Positions 43,766 to 51,148 of a stretch of DNA of 59,647 bases are shown one piece after another. Made by a program: the position numbers and the translations under genes. The stretch is from positions 1-59,647 of IMG/VR virus record IMGVR_UViG_3300044726_000022; one strand, written 5' to 3'. Position 1 is the stretch's first letter. Every line of letters begins with the position of its first letter. This DNA is from a virus. The notes beneath the pieces are model-generated. The model had not been told where the DNA came from and searched no databases. It saw only the letters and a program-made list of their open reading frames with translations.

Positions 43766-43950
43766 ATGACCCCCACGGCGAAGCCGATGACGAAGCCAAG
43801 CAGGATGCAGAGCGCCATCAGGATGCCGATCCAGACGCCCATGTCGTCGACGTAGGCCGCCCAGCGCACCCGACGCCACCAGGGCAAGCGCCGTGGCGGC
43901 CAGAAGCTCCCAGACCGTATCGGCACCTTCCGCAATGGCTGCTCGCGCAT
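43762..43950 (-). CDS. 62-aa membrane protein, first gene of the late-strand block
   Basis: MREQPLRK...MGVWIGILMALCILLGFVIGFAVGVM; preceded by the early-type leader GGGGGAGCACGAC-ATG. Confidence 0.6.
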   Translation of the reverse strand: MREQPLRKVPIRSGSFWPPRRLPWWRRVRWAAYVDDMGVWIGILMALCILLGFVIGFAVGVM

Positions 43951-43984
43951 GTCGTGCTCCCCCTGGAGCGCACTGTACGCGGCA

Positions 43985-44010
43985 CGAAAATTATTTCCAG
44001 AATTATCGTG
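43985..44010. promoter_or_regulatory. AT-rich patch in the divergent control region
   Basis: cgaaaattatttccagaattatcgtg, with AATTAT twice. By eye the most AT-rich stretch of the genome. Lies between the late-strand start (43950) and P1. Confidence 0.3.
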
Positions 44011-44018
44011 CGTGCCCC

Positions 44019-44047
44019 CTTGTGATCCTGGGAGGCCCTCCCATATC
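44019..44047 (+). promoter_or_regulatory. promoter-like cassette P1: CTTGTG-N17-CATATC with GGGAGGCCCTCCC palindrome
   Basis: Read directly. Same geometry as P2-P7. Confidence 0.6.
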
Positions 44048-44099
44048 TGGTTCTCTACCGGAGCGCTTCACTGCCTCCCCAACCCCTGGAGATCGCCTC

Positions 44100-44297
44100 A
44101 TGGCTCACGCCCGCACCGCTCGCCCCCTCGCCGGTCACCCCTACCACGGCAAGACCGATGCCGAGCTGCACTTCATCGTGCAGGACGCTGGCTCCGCCTC
44201 CATCGCCATGCGCGGCCACGACGCCAAGGCCGAGGCCAAGTATCTCGATCAGGTGAACGACGCCGCCACCGTCCTTCACTACCGCCTCACCCGGTGA
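44100..44297 (+). CDS. hypothetical small protein
   Basis: 65 aa from ATG 44100 (GGAGA 7 nt upstream): MAHARTARPLAGHPYHGKTDAELHFIVQDAG... Confidence 0.6.
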   Translation: MAHARTARPLAGHPYHGKTDAELHFIVQDAGSASIAMRGHDAKAEAKYLDQVNDAATVLHYRLTR

Positions 44298-44316
44298 AAA
44301 AATCTGGCCCCTCCCC

Positions 44317-44345
44317 CTTGCGAAAGCGGGAGGGCCTCCCATCTT
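44317..44345 (+). promoter_or_regulatory. promoter-like cassette P2: CTTGCG-N17-CATCTT
   Basis: cttgcgaaagcgggagggcctcccatctt. An upstream CCCCTCCC arm can also pair with GGGAGGG. Confidence 0.6.
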
Positions 44346-44383
44346 AGGATCTCTACCGGACGACCCAACCAACGGAGCACGAC

Positions 44384-44893
44384 ATGATCAAGGTTCGCTA
44401 CACCAGCATCGACCGCTGCAACACCACCCGCACCTTCAAGACCATCGAAGGCGCTCGCAAGTTCGCCCAGCATTGGGTCGGCGAGACGCCCGAACTGGGT
44501 GCCCAGCGGTCCTACGCCGTGTCCTTCGACGGCATCGGCAAGGTGGTCTGCACCGGCTGCACCCTGATGGACCTGTTCCCCAAGCTGGCGACGGAGGCCG
44601 CCGCCGAGGCCCGGCTGTACGCTCGCTCCTGGGACATCAACATGATCGAGGCCGAGAGCGACCACTACTTCGACGCCCGCCAGGAGCACGACGACTACGA
44701 GGCGAACGCCGACGCCGACTACATCCGCGAGGCCTACGCTGGCATGACCGAGACGCGCGAGCAGCTCGACGCTGAGGCGAAGGATCGCTTCGAAGAGGAC
44801 TGCGAGCGCACCTGCGACGACATCGAGACGCAGGGTGCCAAGTTCGGCCGGGTGTGGACCGGCAGCTACCCGACCGACGAGATCCCGTTCTGA
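44384..44893 (+). CDS. hypothetical protein with strongly acidic C-terminal half
   Basis: 169 aa; leader CGGAGCACGAC-ATG. About 26 D/E in the last 85 residues. Confidence 0.7.
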   Translation: MIKVRYTSIDRCNTTRTFKTIEGARKFAQHWVGETPELGAQRSYAVSFDGIGKVVCTGCTLMDLFPKLATEAAAEARLYARSWDINMIEAESDHYFDARQEHDDYEANADADYIREAYAGMTETREQLDAEAKDRFEEDCERTCDDIETQGAKFGRVWTGSYPTDEIPF

Positions 44894-44911
44894 AATAGTT
44901 GCGTGGCCCCT

Positions 44912-44940
44912 CTTGTGGTTCTGGGAGGGGCTCCCATCTA
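44912..44940 (+). promoter_or_regulatory. promoter-like cassette P3: CTTGTG-N17-CATCTA
   Basis: cttgtggttctgggaggggctcccatcta. Confidence 0.6.
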
Positions 44941-44980
44941 ACACCTTGCGGCCTCGGCCGCCCAACCCGGAGAGCACGAC

Positions 44981-45436
44981 ATGGCCAAGACCACCAAGTT
45001 CCTCGCCCGCTACAACGGCGAGATCGTCGGCACCCGCACCTCGCAGAGCATGGCCTACACCCACGCCATCGTGGTGATCATCGACGCCGCCGCCGTCAAC
45101 GCCGCTGCCGCGAGCTGGACGAAGGCCGACCAGAAGGACGCCGTGTGGTCCTTCAACCACAAGACCAATACCGCCAACGGCGGCAACCTCTACACCTACG
45201 AGACGGACGCCGAGCGCGCCGAGCGCGTTGCCAAGGCGAAGGCCGAGATCGAGGGCGGCCTCGATGCCTTCATCGAGCGCGCCAAGGCCTACAAGCTGGA
45301 GACACGCCGCTACAAAGGCGAGCCCAAGCCCCTGGTGCGGTCGTGGTCGCAGAGCGCCCGCAACGCCGAGAAGGCCTCGCGCAGCCTCTACCAGTACGAC
45401 CGCCTGCTTGCCGTCGTAGAGGCCGAGCGCGCCTGA
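44981..45436 (+). CDS. hypothetical protein
   Basis: 151 aa track ORF; variant leader GGAGAGCACGAC-ATG. Confidence 0.7.
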   Translation: MAKTTKFLARYNGEIVGTRTSQSMAYTHAIVVIIDAAAVNAAAASWTKADQKDAVWSFNHKTNTANGGNLYTYETDAERAERVAKAKAEIEGGLDAFIERAKAYKLETRRYKGEPKPLVRSWSQSARNAEKASRSLYQYDRLLAVVEAERA

Positions 45437-45443
45437 TCCGCCT

Positions 45444-45463
45444 GGGGAGGCGCAAGCCTCCCC
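45444..45463 (+). other. intergenic GC hairpin GGGGAGGC-gcaa-GCCTCCCC
   Basis: 8-bp stem with a GCAA loop, 8 nt after the stop at 45434-45436. No U-tract. Confidence 0.6.
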
Positions 45464-45493
45464 TCCCCTGCCACCAACCAAAGGAGCACGACG

Positions 45494-45667
45494 ATGAGAG
45501 TTCAGATCCCCGCCTACACCGACAGGTGGATGATGGGCGACCAGTACGGCACCGTCCTCAAGGTCGTCCGCCTGCCGCAGAACGGCTCGCGCGAGATCGC
45601 GCACGTCAAGCTCGACAAGAGCGGCAAGACCGTTCGCGTCCTGCTCAACGACTGCCAGGAGGTCTGA
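45494..45667 (+). CDS. hypothetical small protein
   Basis: 57 aa (below the track cutoff): MRVQIPAYTDRWMMGDQYGTVLKVVRLPQNGSREIAHVKLDKSGKTVRVLLNDCQEV; leader AAAGGAGCACGACG-ATG. Confidence 0.6.
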   Translation: MRVQIPAYTDRWMMGDQYGTVLKVVRLPQNGSREIAHVKLDKSGKTVRVLLNDCQEV

Positions 45668-45669
45668 GC

Positions 45670-45933
45670 ATGGCCTCCAACGCCCGCCAGGGCGGCACCA
45701 AGGGCCGCTACCGCAAGCCCGATAGCTGGTACTACGACCAGCTCCCGCCGACCGCCCGCGAGGCCCTGGCGAACGCCATGTTCTCGTGGAGCGCCGCCTA
45801 CTTCTACGGTCAGTGGAAGCGCGGCAAGCTGGGCTTCCGCAGCGGATCCGACATCGCCGTTCAGGTGGCGACCGCCGACCGCATCACGATCAAGAAGCTG
45901 ACCAAGAAGACAACCAAAGGAGCACGAGCATGA
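45670..45933 (+). CDS. hypothetical protein (DUF6525-like, from memory)
   Basis: 87 aa from ATG 45670: ...YYDQLPPTAREALANAMFSWSAAYFYGQW... In frame inside track ORF 44899..45933. Confidence 0.55.
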   Translation: MASNARQGGTKGRYRKPDSWYYDQLPPTAREALANAMFSWSAAYFYGQWKRGKLGFRSGSDIAVQVATADRITIKKLTKKTTKGARA

Positions 45934-46250
45934 GCAAGCAGACGACTGACTACCTCGCCATCATCCCCATCGGCGGAGGCTCGTCCTGGGGCCGGGCCCC
46001 CAACAAGGATGTCGCGGTCGAGCGCGCCATCCAGGCGCTGCGCGACTGGGACACGCTCTTCAATGTCTCCGACATCGAGGTCACGCTCAACGTGATCGAC
46101 GTGCAGGGCTACAGCGACTGCGCCTGGGGCGGCTACCCTGGTGGCTACGTCCACGGCAAGAGCGAGACGACCGGCGAGCACGAAGCCATCAAGAGGCCCG
46201 TGGAGCACGTCAAGCGCACCACGCCCAAGTGGAAGCGCCGCAAGCGCTGA
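45930..46250 (+). CDS. hypothetical protein
   Basis: 106 aa from ATG 45930 (ATGA overlap; leader AAAGGAGCACGAGC lies inside the upstream gene). Confidence 0.65.
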   Translation: MSKQTTDYLAIIPIGGGSSWGRAPNKDVAVERAIQALRDWDTLFNVSDIEVTLNVIDVQGYSDCAWGGYPGGYVHGKSETTGEHEAIKRPVEHVKRTTPKWKRRKR

Positions 46251-46255
46251 ACGCA

Positions 46256-46272
46256 CCAGGGAGGCTCCCTGG
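46256..46272 (+). other. intergenic palindrome CCAGGGAG-g-CTCCCTGG
   Basis: Read directly, just after the stop at 46248-46250. Confidence 0.55.
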
Positions 46273-46310
46273 GCCTCCCTGGCCCCCTTCCAACCAAAGG
46301 AGCACGACGC

Positions 46311-46478
46311 ATGAAGATACGAGAAGAGCTGAAGGCCGTCCGCGCAGGCAAGCGCTGGGTGATCGTCCGCATCACCAAGATCGGCCGCACCTTCGAGCTG
46401 CGCCTGCGCCTGCCGGGCAGCTACGCCAGCCGCCTGGAGGCCAAGGCCCGCGTGGCCGCCGCCGTTGTCCTTTTCTAA
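46311..46478 (+). CDS. hypothetical small basic protein
   Basis: 55 aa (below the track cutoff): MKIREELKAVRAGKRWVIVRITKIGRTFELRLRLPGSYASRLEAKARVAAAVVLF; leader AAAGGAGCACGACGC-ATG. Confidence 0.55.
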   Translation: MKIREELKAVRAGKRWVIVRITKIGRTFELRLRLPGSYASRLEAKARVAAAVVLF

Positions 46479-46498
46479 CCAACCAAAGGAGCACGACC

Positions 46499-46807
46499 AT
46501 GAAGAACGACGACAAGCCTTTCGATCCGATGCCAGCCGACGTGCTGGCGAAGCTTCCCACCGTCTGCGCCGCGCGCCTGCGCGGGTCGGGCGATCCCGGC
46601 CAGCCCATCTGGATCAAGAAGGGCGAGCGCGGCTACTACCCGGCGCTGCCAGACCTCGACGTCGAGGCGATCAACGCAAGCTTCGGCGTCACCCGCGCGC
46701 AGCGCCTCGCCATGGAGTGCGGATCGATGTTCGGCTGGGGCGTGCCCGGTGCAGATCCCGATCTGTGGGCCGCGAAAGAAAAGGAGGCGGCCCAGAAAAA
46801 AGATTGA
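46499..46807 (+). CDS. hypothetical protein
   Basis: 102 aa from ATG 46499; leader AAAGGAGCACGACC-ATG. Confidence 0.65.
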   Translation: MKNDDKPFDPMPADVLAKLPTVCAARLRGSGDPGQPIWIKKGERGYYPALPDLDVEAINASFGVTRAQRLAMECGSMFGWGVPGADPDLWAAKEKEAAQKKD

Positions 46808-46815
46808 GGGCACCA

Positions 46816-46844
46816 CTTGCGGTCCTGGGAGGGGCTCCCATCTT
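46816..46844 (+). promoter_or_regulatory. promoter-like cassette P4: CTTGCG-N17-CATCTT
   Basis: cttgcggtcctgggaggggctcccatctt. Confidence 0.6.
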
Positions 46845-46891
46845 GTGGAGGCGGCCGGACGTTCCGGTCGCCACCAACCCAGGAGCACGAC

Positions 46892-47086
46892 ATGCCCACC
46901 ATCTACGTCCGCGTCCGCGAAGTCTACGGTGTCGCCAAGCTGTACCCGGCCTGCGCCACTGCCAAGCTGCTCGCCAAGCTCGCCGGGCACACCACCATCA
47001 CGCACGACGATCTCAAGACCATCCAAGAGCTGGGCTACACCGTGAAGGAGGCCGCCCGCCTCGACGCCGACCACTTCACCCGCTGA
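46892..47086 (+). CDS. hypothetical small protein
   Basis: 64 aa from ATG 46892; leader CAGGAGCACGAC-ATG. Confidence 0.6.
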   Translation: MPTIYVRVREVYGVAKLYPACATAKLLAKLAGHTTITHDDLKTIQELGYTVKEAARLDADHFTR

Positions 47087-47113
47087 ACCTACGCCACCGA
47101 CGGAGCACGACCG

Positions 47114-47413
47114 ATGACCCTCTCGACCCTCGCCCGCAACGCTCTCGCCCAGGCCTACGCCACCAAGGGCCCGCACCGTGGCCGCCTCCTGGCGCGCTGC
47201 CCGCGCTCAGGCACGCCCGGCGCTGCCGCATGGCAAGGTGCCATGCTGGCGTGCAACCCGCACAAGGTCAGCATCGGCGCGCTGCTGTTCATGGTCGCCG
47301 AGCATCGCGCCATCGCCGATGAGGTGACGCGCCACTTCGAGGCGCTGCCGCACGAGTACCGCATCATGGCGCAGCGCGACCGTGAGGCGCTTGAGCGCCT
47401 GGGGGTGTGGTGA
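47114..47413 (+). CDS. hypothetical protein
   Basis: 99 aa track ORF; leader CGGAGCACGACCG-ATG. Confidence 0.65.
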   Translation: MTLSTLARNALAQAYATKGPHRGRLLARCPRSGTPGAAAWQGAMLACNPHKVSIGALLFMVAEHRAIADEVTRHFEALPHEYRIMAQRDREALERLGVW

Positions 47414-47436
47414 GCACACCCTGACCGAACAAGTGC

Positions 47437-47455
47437 GCCAGGGAGCTTCCCTGGC
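47437..47455 (+). other. intergenic hairpin GCCAGGGA-gct-TCCCTGGC
   Basis: 8-bp stem, read directly. Confidence 0.55.
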
Positions 47456-47486
47456 GATCTGACGACCCAACCAAAGGAGCACGACG

Positions 47487-47819
47487 ATGACGACCTACCA
47501 AGAGTTCACCGAGCTGCCCGCCTTCACCCGCGCCCAGTGGGATGGCAACAAGCTGCTCAACGACGCCGACCCCTTCAAGTGGGGCGGCAACAACCCGCCG
47601 CCGCCGGTCGGCGCGAAGGTCAAGCTGTACCTGAACGACTTCCAGGGCGGCACCGTCGTCGGCTACTTCGTCGAGCACCGCTGGCTCGGTGTGCTGGTCA
47701 AGATCAGCAAGCCGCCCAAGTGGTGGGTACGCCAGACCAAGGCGCGCGGGGCCGACCCCAAGACCACCAACGGCCACTTCTTCGGCGTCGACCTTGAGCC
47801 GCGCAAGGTGTCGACATGA
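47487..47819 (+). CDS. hypothetical protein
   Basis: 110 aa track ORF; leader AAAGGAGCACGACG-ATG. Confidence 0.65.
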   Translation: MTTYQEFTELPAFTRAQWDGNKLLNDADPFKWGGNNPPPPVGAKVKLYLNDFQGGTVVGYFVEHRWLGVLVKISKPPKWWVRQTKARGADPKTTNGHFFGVDLEPRKVST

Positions 47820-48925
47820 AAGCTCACCCCACAACCCTGGTCGACCGGCTGTACCGCGAGAGCTTCTCGAACCGCCCGGTCATGCGCTGGACGAACAACG
47901 CGGTGATGCGTGAGAAGCTGCGCGCCGCCCGGCGCTTCGTCCTCGATGACGGCATGAGCGTGATGGTCGCCGAGCTGGCGACTGCCGCCTTCATCCCGCG
48001 CCGGGAGGTGACCGTCGCCTACTTCGAAGACCCTCGCAACCGGCACCAGCGCGTCACCCGCATCGAGCAGATGCGCCATAGCGCGCGGGCTCCGTTCCCG
48101 ACCACCTGGGTCGAATACAATCTGCGCGCCTCGATGACGCGGTCGAACGAGCTGCTTGGCAAAGTCTACGATCCGGCGGACAGCCCGGCCATCGAGGGCT
48201 GGCTGATCGAGCAGCACCCAGGCATCGACACCGCGTTCATCCTGACCTTGTTCAGCGGCAACGCCGCCGACGAGACGGACGATGTCGGCTTCGATACGTG
48301 GACCTTCCCGGTCAGCTACGCCTGGGTCACCGACGACACGTCTGTGCTGCCCTGGCGCGAGCCCTGGCCGCTGCCGCCCGGCAGCGCCTCGCCGAGCGAG
48401 GTCGCGACCGGCCTGCCTGGGTACGTCAGCGACCGGATCGGCATCGTGCAGTGCCCGATGATCGAACCGCAGACGAGGAGCCCGGCGATGGTCGGCCTCT
48501 TGCGCGAATGGGCTGGCGTCATGCGCCGCGTCCTGGCGCTGATGGCAACCATCGCCGATCTGCCCATCGCGATGCGCGAGGTGAAGGCCGCCAAGGGGTT
48601 CATCGGCAAGGGATCGTACCGGCGCTACCTCGACCACCAGACCATCACGCTGACGGTCCCGGCGAGCCAGTACAACAAGGTCGCCCGCAACGCCATCGCC
48701 GCCGCCAGGAAGCGAGCGCACGGCGTCCGGGGCCACTGGCGCATACACTGGATGCACCGGCCCGATCCGCTCTGCGACCACGTCTGGGACGCCGCCGACG
48801 CCAAGCACCTGACGTGCAAGGCCTGCCACGGCGTCAAGACCTTCATCCCGGCGCACCAGCGCGGCGATGCTGCGCTCGGGCTCGTGACCCACGACTACAG
48901 AATAATTCCTGGCGACCCCTTGTAG
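47816..48925 (+). CDS. large early protein of unknown function
   Basis: 369 aa track ORF; ATGA coupling. C-terminal ...HGVRGHWRIHWMHRPDPLCDHVW...CKACHGVKTFIPAHQRG (His/Cys-rich). Confidence 0.7.
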   Translation: MKAHPTTLVDRLYRESFSNRPVMRWTNNAVMREKLRAARRFVLDDGMSVMVAELATAAFIPRREVTVAYFEDPRNRHQRVTRIEQMRHSARAPFPTTWVEYNLRASMTRSNELLGKVYDPADSPAIEGWLIEQHPGIDTAFILTLFSGNAADETDDVGFDTWTFPVSYAWVTDDTSVLPWREPWPLPPGSASPSEVATGLPGYVSDRIGIVQCPMIEPQTRSPAMVGLLREWAGVMRRVLALMATIADLPIAMREVKAAKGFIGKGSYRRYLDHQTITLTVPASQYNKVARNAIAAARKRAHGVRGHWRIHWMHRPDPLCDHVWDAADAKHLTCKACHGVKTFIPAHQRGDAALGLVTHDYRIIPGDPL

Positions 48926-48947
48926 ATCTGGGAGGGCCTCCCATCTG
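48919..48947 (+). promoter_or_regulatory. promoter-like cassette P5: CTTGTA-N17-CATCTG
   Basis: cttgtagatctgggagggcctcccatctg. The -35-like hexamer overlaps the TAG stop of the 369-aa gene. Confidence 0.6.
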
Positions 48948-48993
48948 TGTGGAGCGGGCGGCGGTGCTGCCCGCTCCGAACAGGAGCACGACG

Positions 48994-49896
48994 ATGAGCA
49001 ACCCCTTCGACATCTTCCCCGACGACGATCTCGACGCCGTCGCGCCGAGCACCACCCGCGAGACGCTGACCAACCAGCGCGCCGCCCAGGGCTTCATCGC
49101 CCCGGCCGCGCCCTCCTACGAAGAGCGTTGCGTCAAGTGCCGTGGCACCGGCCGCTTCACCAGCCGCTCGGGCCGCGTTCTCGGCGAGTGCTTCGCCTGC
49201 AAGGGTGCTGGCTTCAACACCTTCAAGACCGATGCCGCCACCCGCGCCAAGGGTCGCGAGCGCGCTGCCGTGAAGGCCGAGCAGAAGGCCGTCGACAAGC
49301 AGGCCGCCATCGAGGCCTTCCGCGTCGAACAACCCGCCGTGTGGGCGTGGCTGCAGGAGAACGACCGCTCGGATCGCCCCTTCGAGTTCGCCACCGAGAT
49401 GCTGGCGAAGCTCCTCCAATACGGCGAGCTGAGCGTGAACCAGCTCAACGGTTGCCTGAAGTGCGTTGCCGCCCGCGAGGCCAAGCGCGCTGAGTGGCAG
49501 GCCAAGCGCGCCGCCGAGCAGGCCACTGCGCCCAAGCTCGACAAGCTGACCGCCGCGTTCGACCGCGCCATCGCCAACAAGGCCAAGGCCCGGCTCTACT
49601 TCGGGTCGGTCACCGTCAGCCCGGCGAAGGCGAATAGCGCCAACCCTGGCGCGCTCTACGTCAAGGACGGCGAGACGTACCTGGGCAAGATCGTGGACGG
49701 TCGGTTCCTGGCCAGCCGCGATTGCACCGACGCGGTGAAGGCCACCGTGCTGGAGCTGCTCGCCGACCCGGCGAAGGCCGCCATCAAGTACGGCAAGGAG
49801 CTAATCCGCTGCTGCTGCTGCGGTGCCGAGCTGGACAACAAGCTGTCCCGCGAGCTGGGCATCGGCCCGATCTGCCGCGAGAAATGGGGGTTCTGA
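48994..49896 (+). CDS. early protein with DnaJ-type CxxCxGxG zinc finger and DUF6011-like C-terminus
   Basis: 300 aa from ATG 48994. CVKCRGTGRF...CFACKGAGF near the N-terminus. C-terminal CCCCGAELDNKLSRELGIGPICREKWGF resembles the DUF6011 motif I recall from phage proteins. Confidence 0.65.
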   Translation: MSNPFDIFPDDDLDAVAPSTTRETLTNQRAAQGFIAPAAPSYEERCVKCRGTGRFTSRSGRVLGECFACKGAGFNTFKTDAATRAKGRERAAVKAEQKAVDKQAAIEAFRVEQPAVWAWLQENDRSDRPFEFATEMLAKLLQYGELSVNQLNGCLKCVAAREAKRAEWQAKRAAEQATAPKLDKLTAAFDRAIANKAKARLYFGSVTVSPAKANSANPGALYVKDGETYLGKIVDGRFLASRDCTDAVKATVLELLADPAKAAIKYGKELIRCCCCGAELDNKLSRELGIGPICREKWGF

Positions 49897-50117
49897 TGAG
49901 CGCCTGGGTGACGATGATCGGGAGCTGCTTCGGCTGCTCCCGACCCTTCAGCTTCAACCCGATGCGGGTGCCGAGCATCCGCGTCGACGGCGACCGCAAG
50001 CCGGTCTGCCAGAGCTGCATCAATCGCGCCAACGCGCTGCGGAAAGCCCAAGGCCTGCCGCAGCATGAAGTCCACCCCGACGCCTACGAACCCGCTCGGG
50101 AGTGGGACGTATTTTGA
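49896..50117 (+). CDS. small Cys-rich (zinc-ribbon-like) protein
   Basis: 73 aa from ATG 49896 (TGATG): ...GSCFGCSRPF...KPVCQSCINRAN... Confidence 0.55.
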   Translation: MSAWVTMIGSCFGCSRPFSFNPMRVPSIRVDGDRKPVCQSCINRANALRKAQGLPQHEVHPDAYEPAREWDVF

Positions 50118-50128
50118 TCGGAACCCCT

Positions 50129-50157
50129 CTTGCGCTCTAGGGAGGGGCTCCCATATG
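50129..50157 (+). promoter_or_regulatory. promoter-like cassette P6: CTTGCG-N17-CATATG
   Basis: cttgcgctctagggaggggctcccatatg. Followed by an unusually long (~175 nt) untranslated stretch. Confidence 0.6.
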
Positions 50158-50332
50158 AGGATCTCGTTGCGGCGGAAGAGACTGGCCCAAGAGGAGCGCG
50201 GCAGAGCAAATATCGGGCATAGCCCGACGCTGGGAATAAGCGAGCCCGTAGGATGGCAGGGGACGCAAGCCCCGAACGACCATTGTTGCAGCAACGACCT
50301 TGCGACACGACCAACAACAGGAGCACGACCAG

Positions 50333-50530
50333 ATGAACACCCTTACCCTCACCGAGATCGAAAAGCAGACGCTGGCAGGTGCGCTGCACGTCGCCTGCGA
50401 GGTCTACCGCAAGCACATCAGCGAGCTGCCGTCGCTCACCATCGACAGCGTCTCCCGCCGCAACATCAAGGACATCTTCAGCAGGCAGCTCAGCGACTGC
50501 CAGCGCCTGCTGGTCCTGATCGAGGGCTGA
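50333..50530 (+). CDS. hypothetical small protein
   Basis: 65 aa from ATG 50333; leader CAGGAGCACGACCAG-ATG. Confidence 0.6.
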   Translation: MNTLTLTEIEKQTLAGALHVACEVYRKHISELPSLTIDSVSRRNIKDIFSRQLSDCQRLLVLIEG

Positions 50531-50571
50531 GCCCTCCGACTACCAACCGCCCCTGAAAGGAGCACGACACC

Positions 50572-50865
50572 ATGACCGTTCAACCGCTCAACATCACGCT
50601 GCCGACCGTTCACCTGAACGGCTCCAGCAAGCAGTCCCTGCTCGACGGCTACTTCGACGCCGCCGAGGCTCTCCGCAAGGCGCTCGTCGCCGTCCAGGCC
50701 ACCGCACCGCATGGCCGCGACTACTACGTCCAGCGCACGCACGACGGCGAGCACGTCACGCACCGCGCCATCGCCGAGCACGTCGACCGGCTCAAGCGCC
50801 TGGAGAGCGTGCTGCGCGAGCTGAACGCCCTGGCGCTGCACGTCTGCGATCAGGAGGCTCGCTGA
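50572..50865 (+). CDS. hypothetical protein
   Basis: 97 aa track ORF; leader AAAGGAGCACGACACC-ATG. Confidence 0.65.
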   Translation: MTVQPLNITLPTVHLNGSSKQSLLDGYFDAAEALRKALVAVQATAPHGRDYYVQRTHDGEHVTHRAIAEHVDRLKRLESVLRELNALALHVCDQEAR

Positions 50866-51062
50866 TGACCGTCGATCTCCACGTCGTGAACAGCGGCTCG
50901 CTCGTGGGCCTCACGCCCTGCACCCAGACCGCCAAGGACTGGGTGCGGGACAACGTCACCGCCGAACCCTGGCAATGGCTGGGCATCACGCTCTACGTCG
51001 AGCCTCGCTTCGCCGAGCACCTCATCGAGGCGCTGCAGGCCGACGGCCTCACCGTCGCCTGA
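50865..51062 (+). CDS. hypothetical small protein
   Basis: 65 aa track ORF; TGATG coupling. Confidence 0.6.
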   Translation: MTVDLHVVNSGSLVGLTPCTQTAKDWVRDNVTAEPWQWLGITLYVEPRFAEHLIEALQADGLTVA

Positions 51063-51081
51063 AAAAAAGTTCGGAGGGCCC

Positions 51082-51110
51082 CTTGCGATAGCGGGAGGCC
51101 CTCCCATCTA
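51082..51110 (+). promoter_or_regulatory. promoter-like cassette P7: CTTGCG-N17-CATCTA
   Basis: cttgcgatagcgggaggccctcccatcta. An upstream GGAGGGCC arm pairs with GGCCCTCC. Confidence 0.6.
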
Positions 51111-51148
51111 CAGGAGGCGGGCACGACCCGCCCAACCCGGAGCACGAC

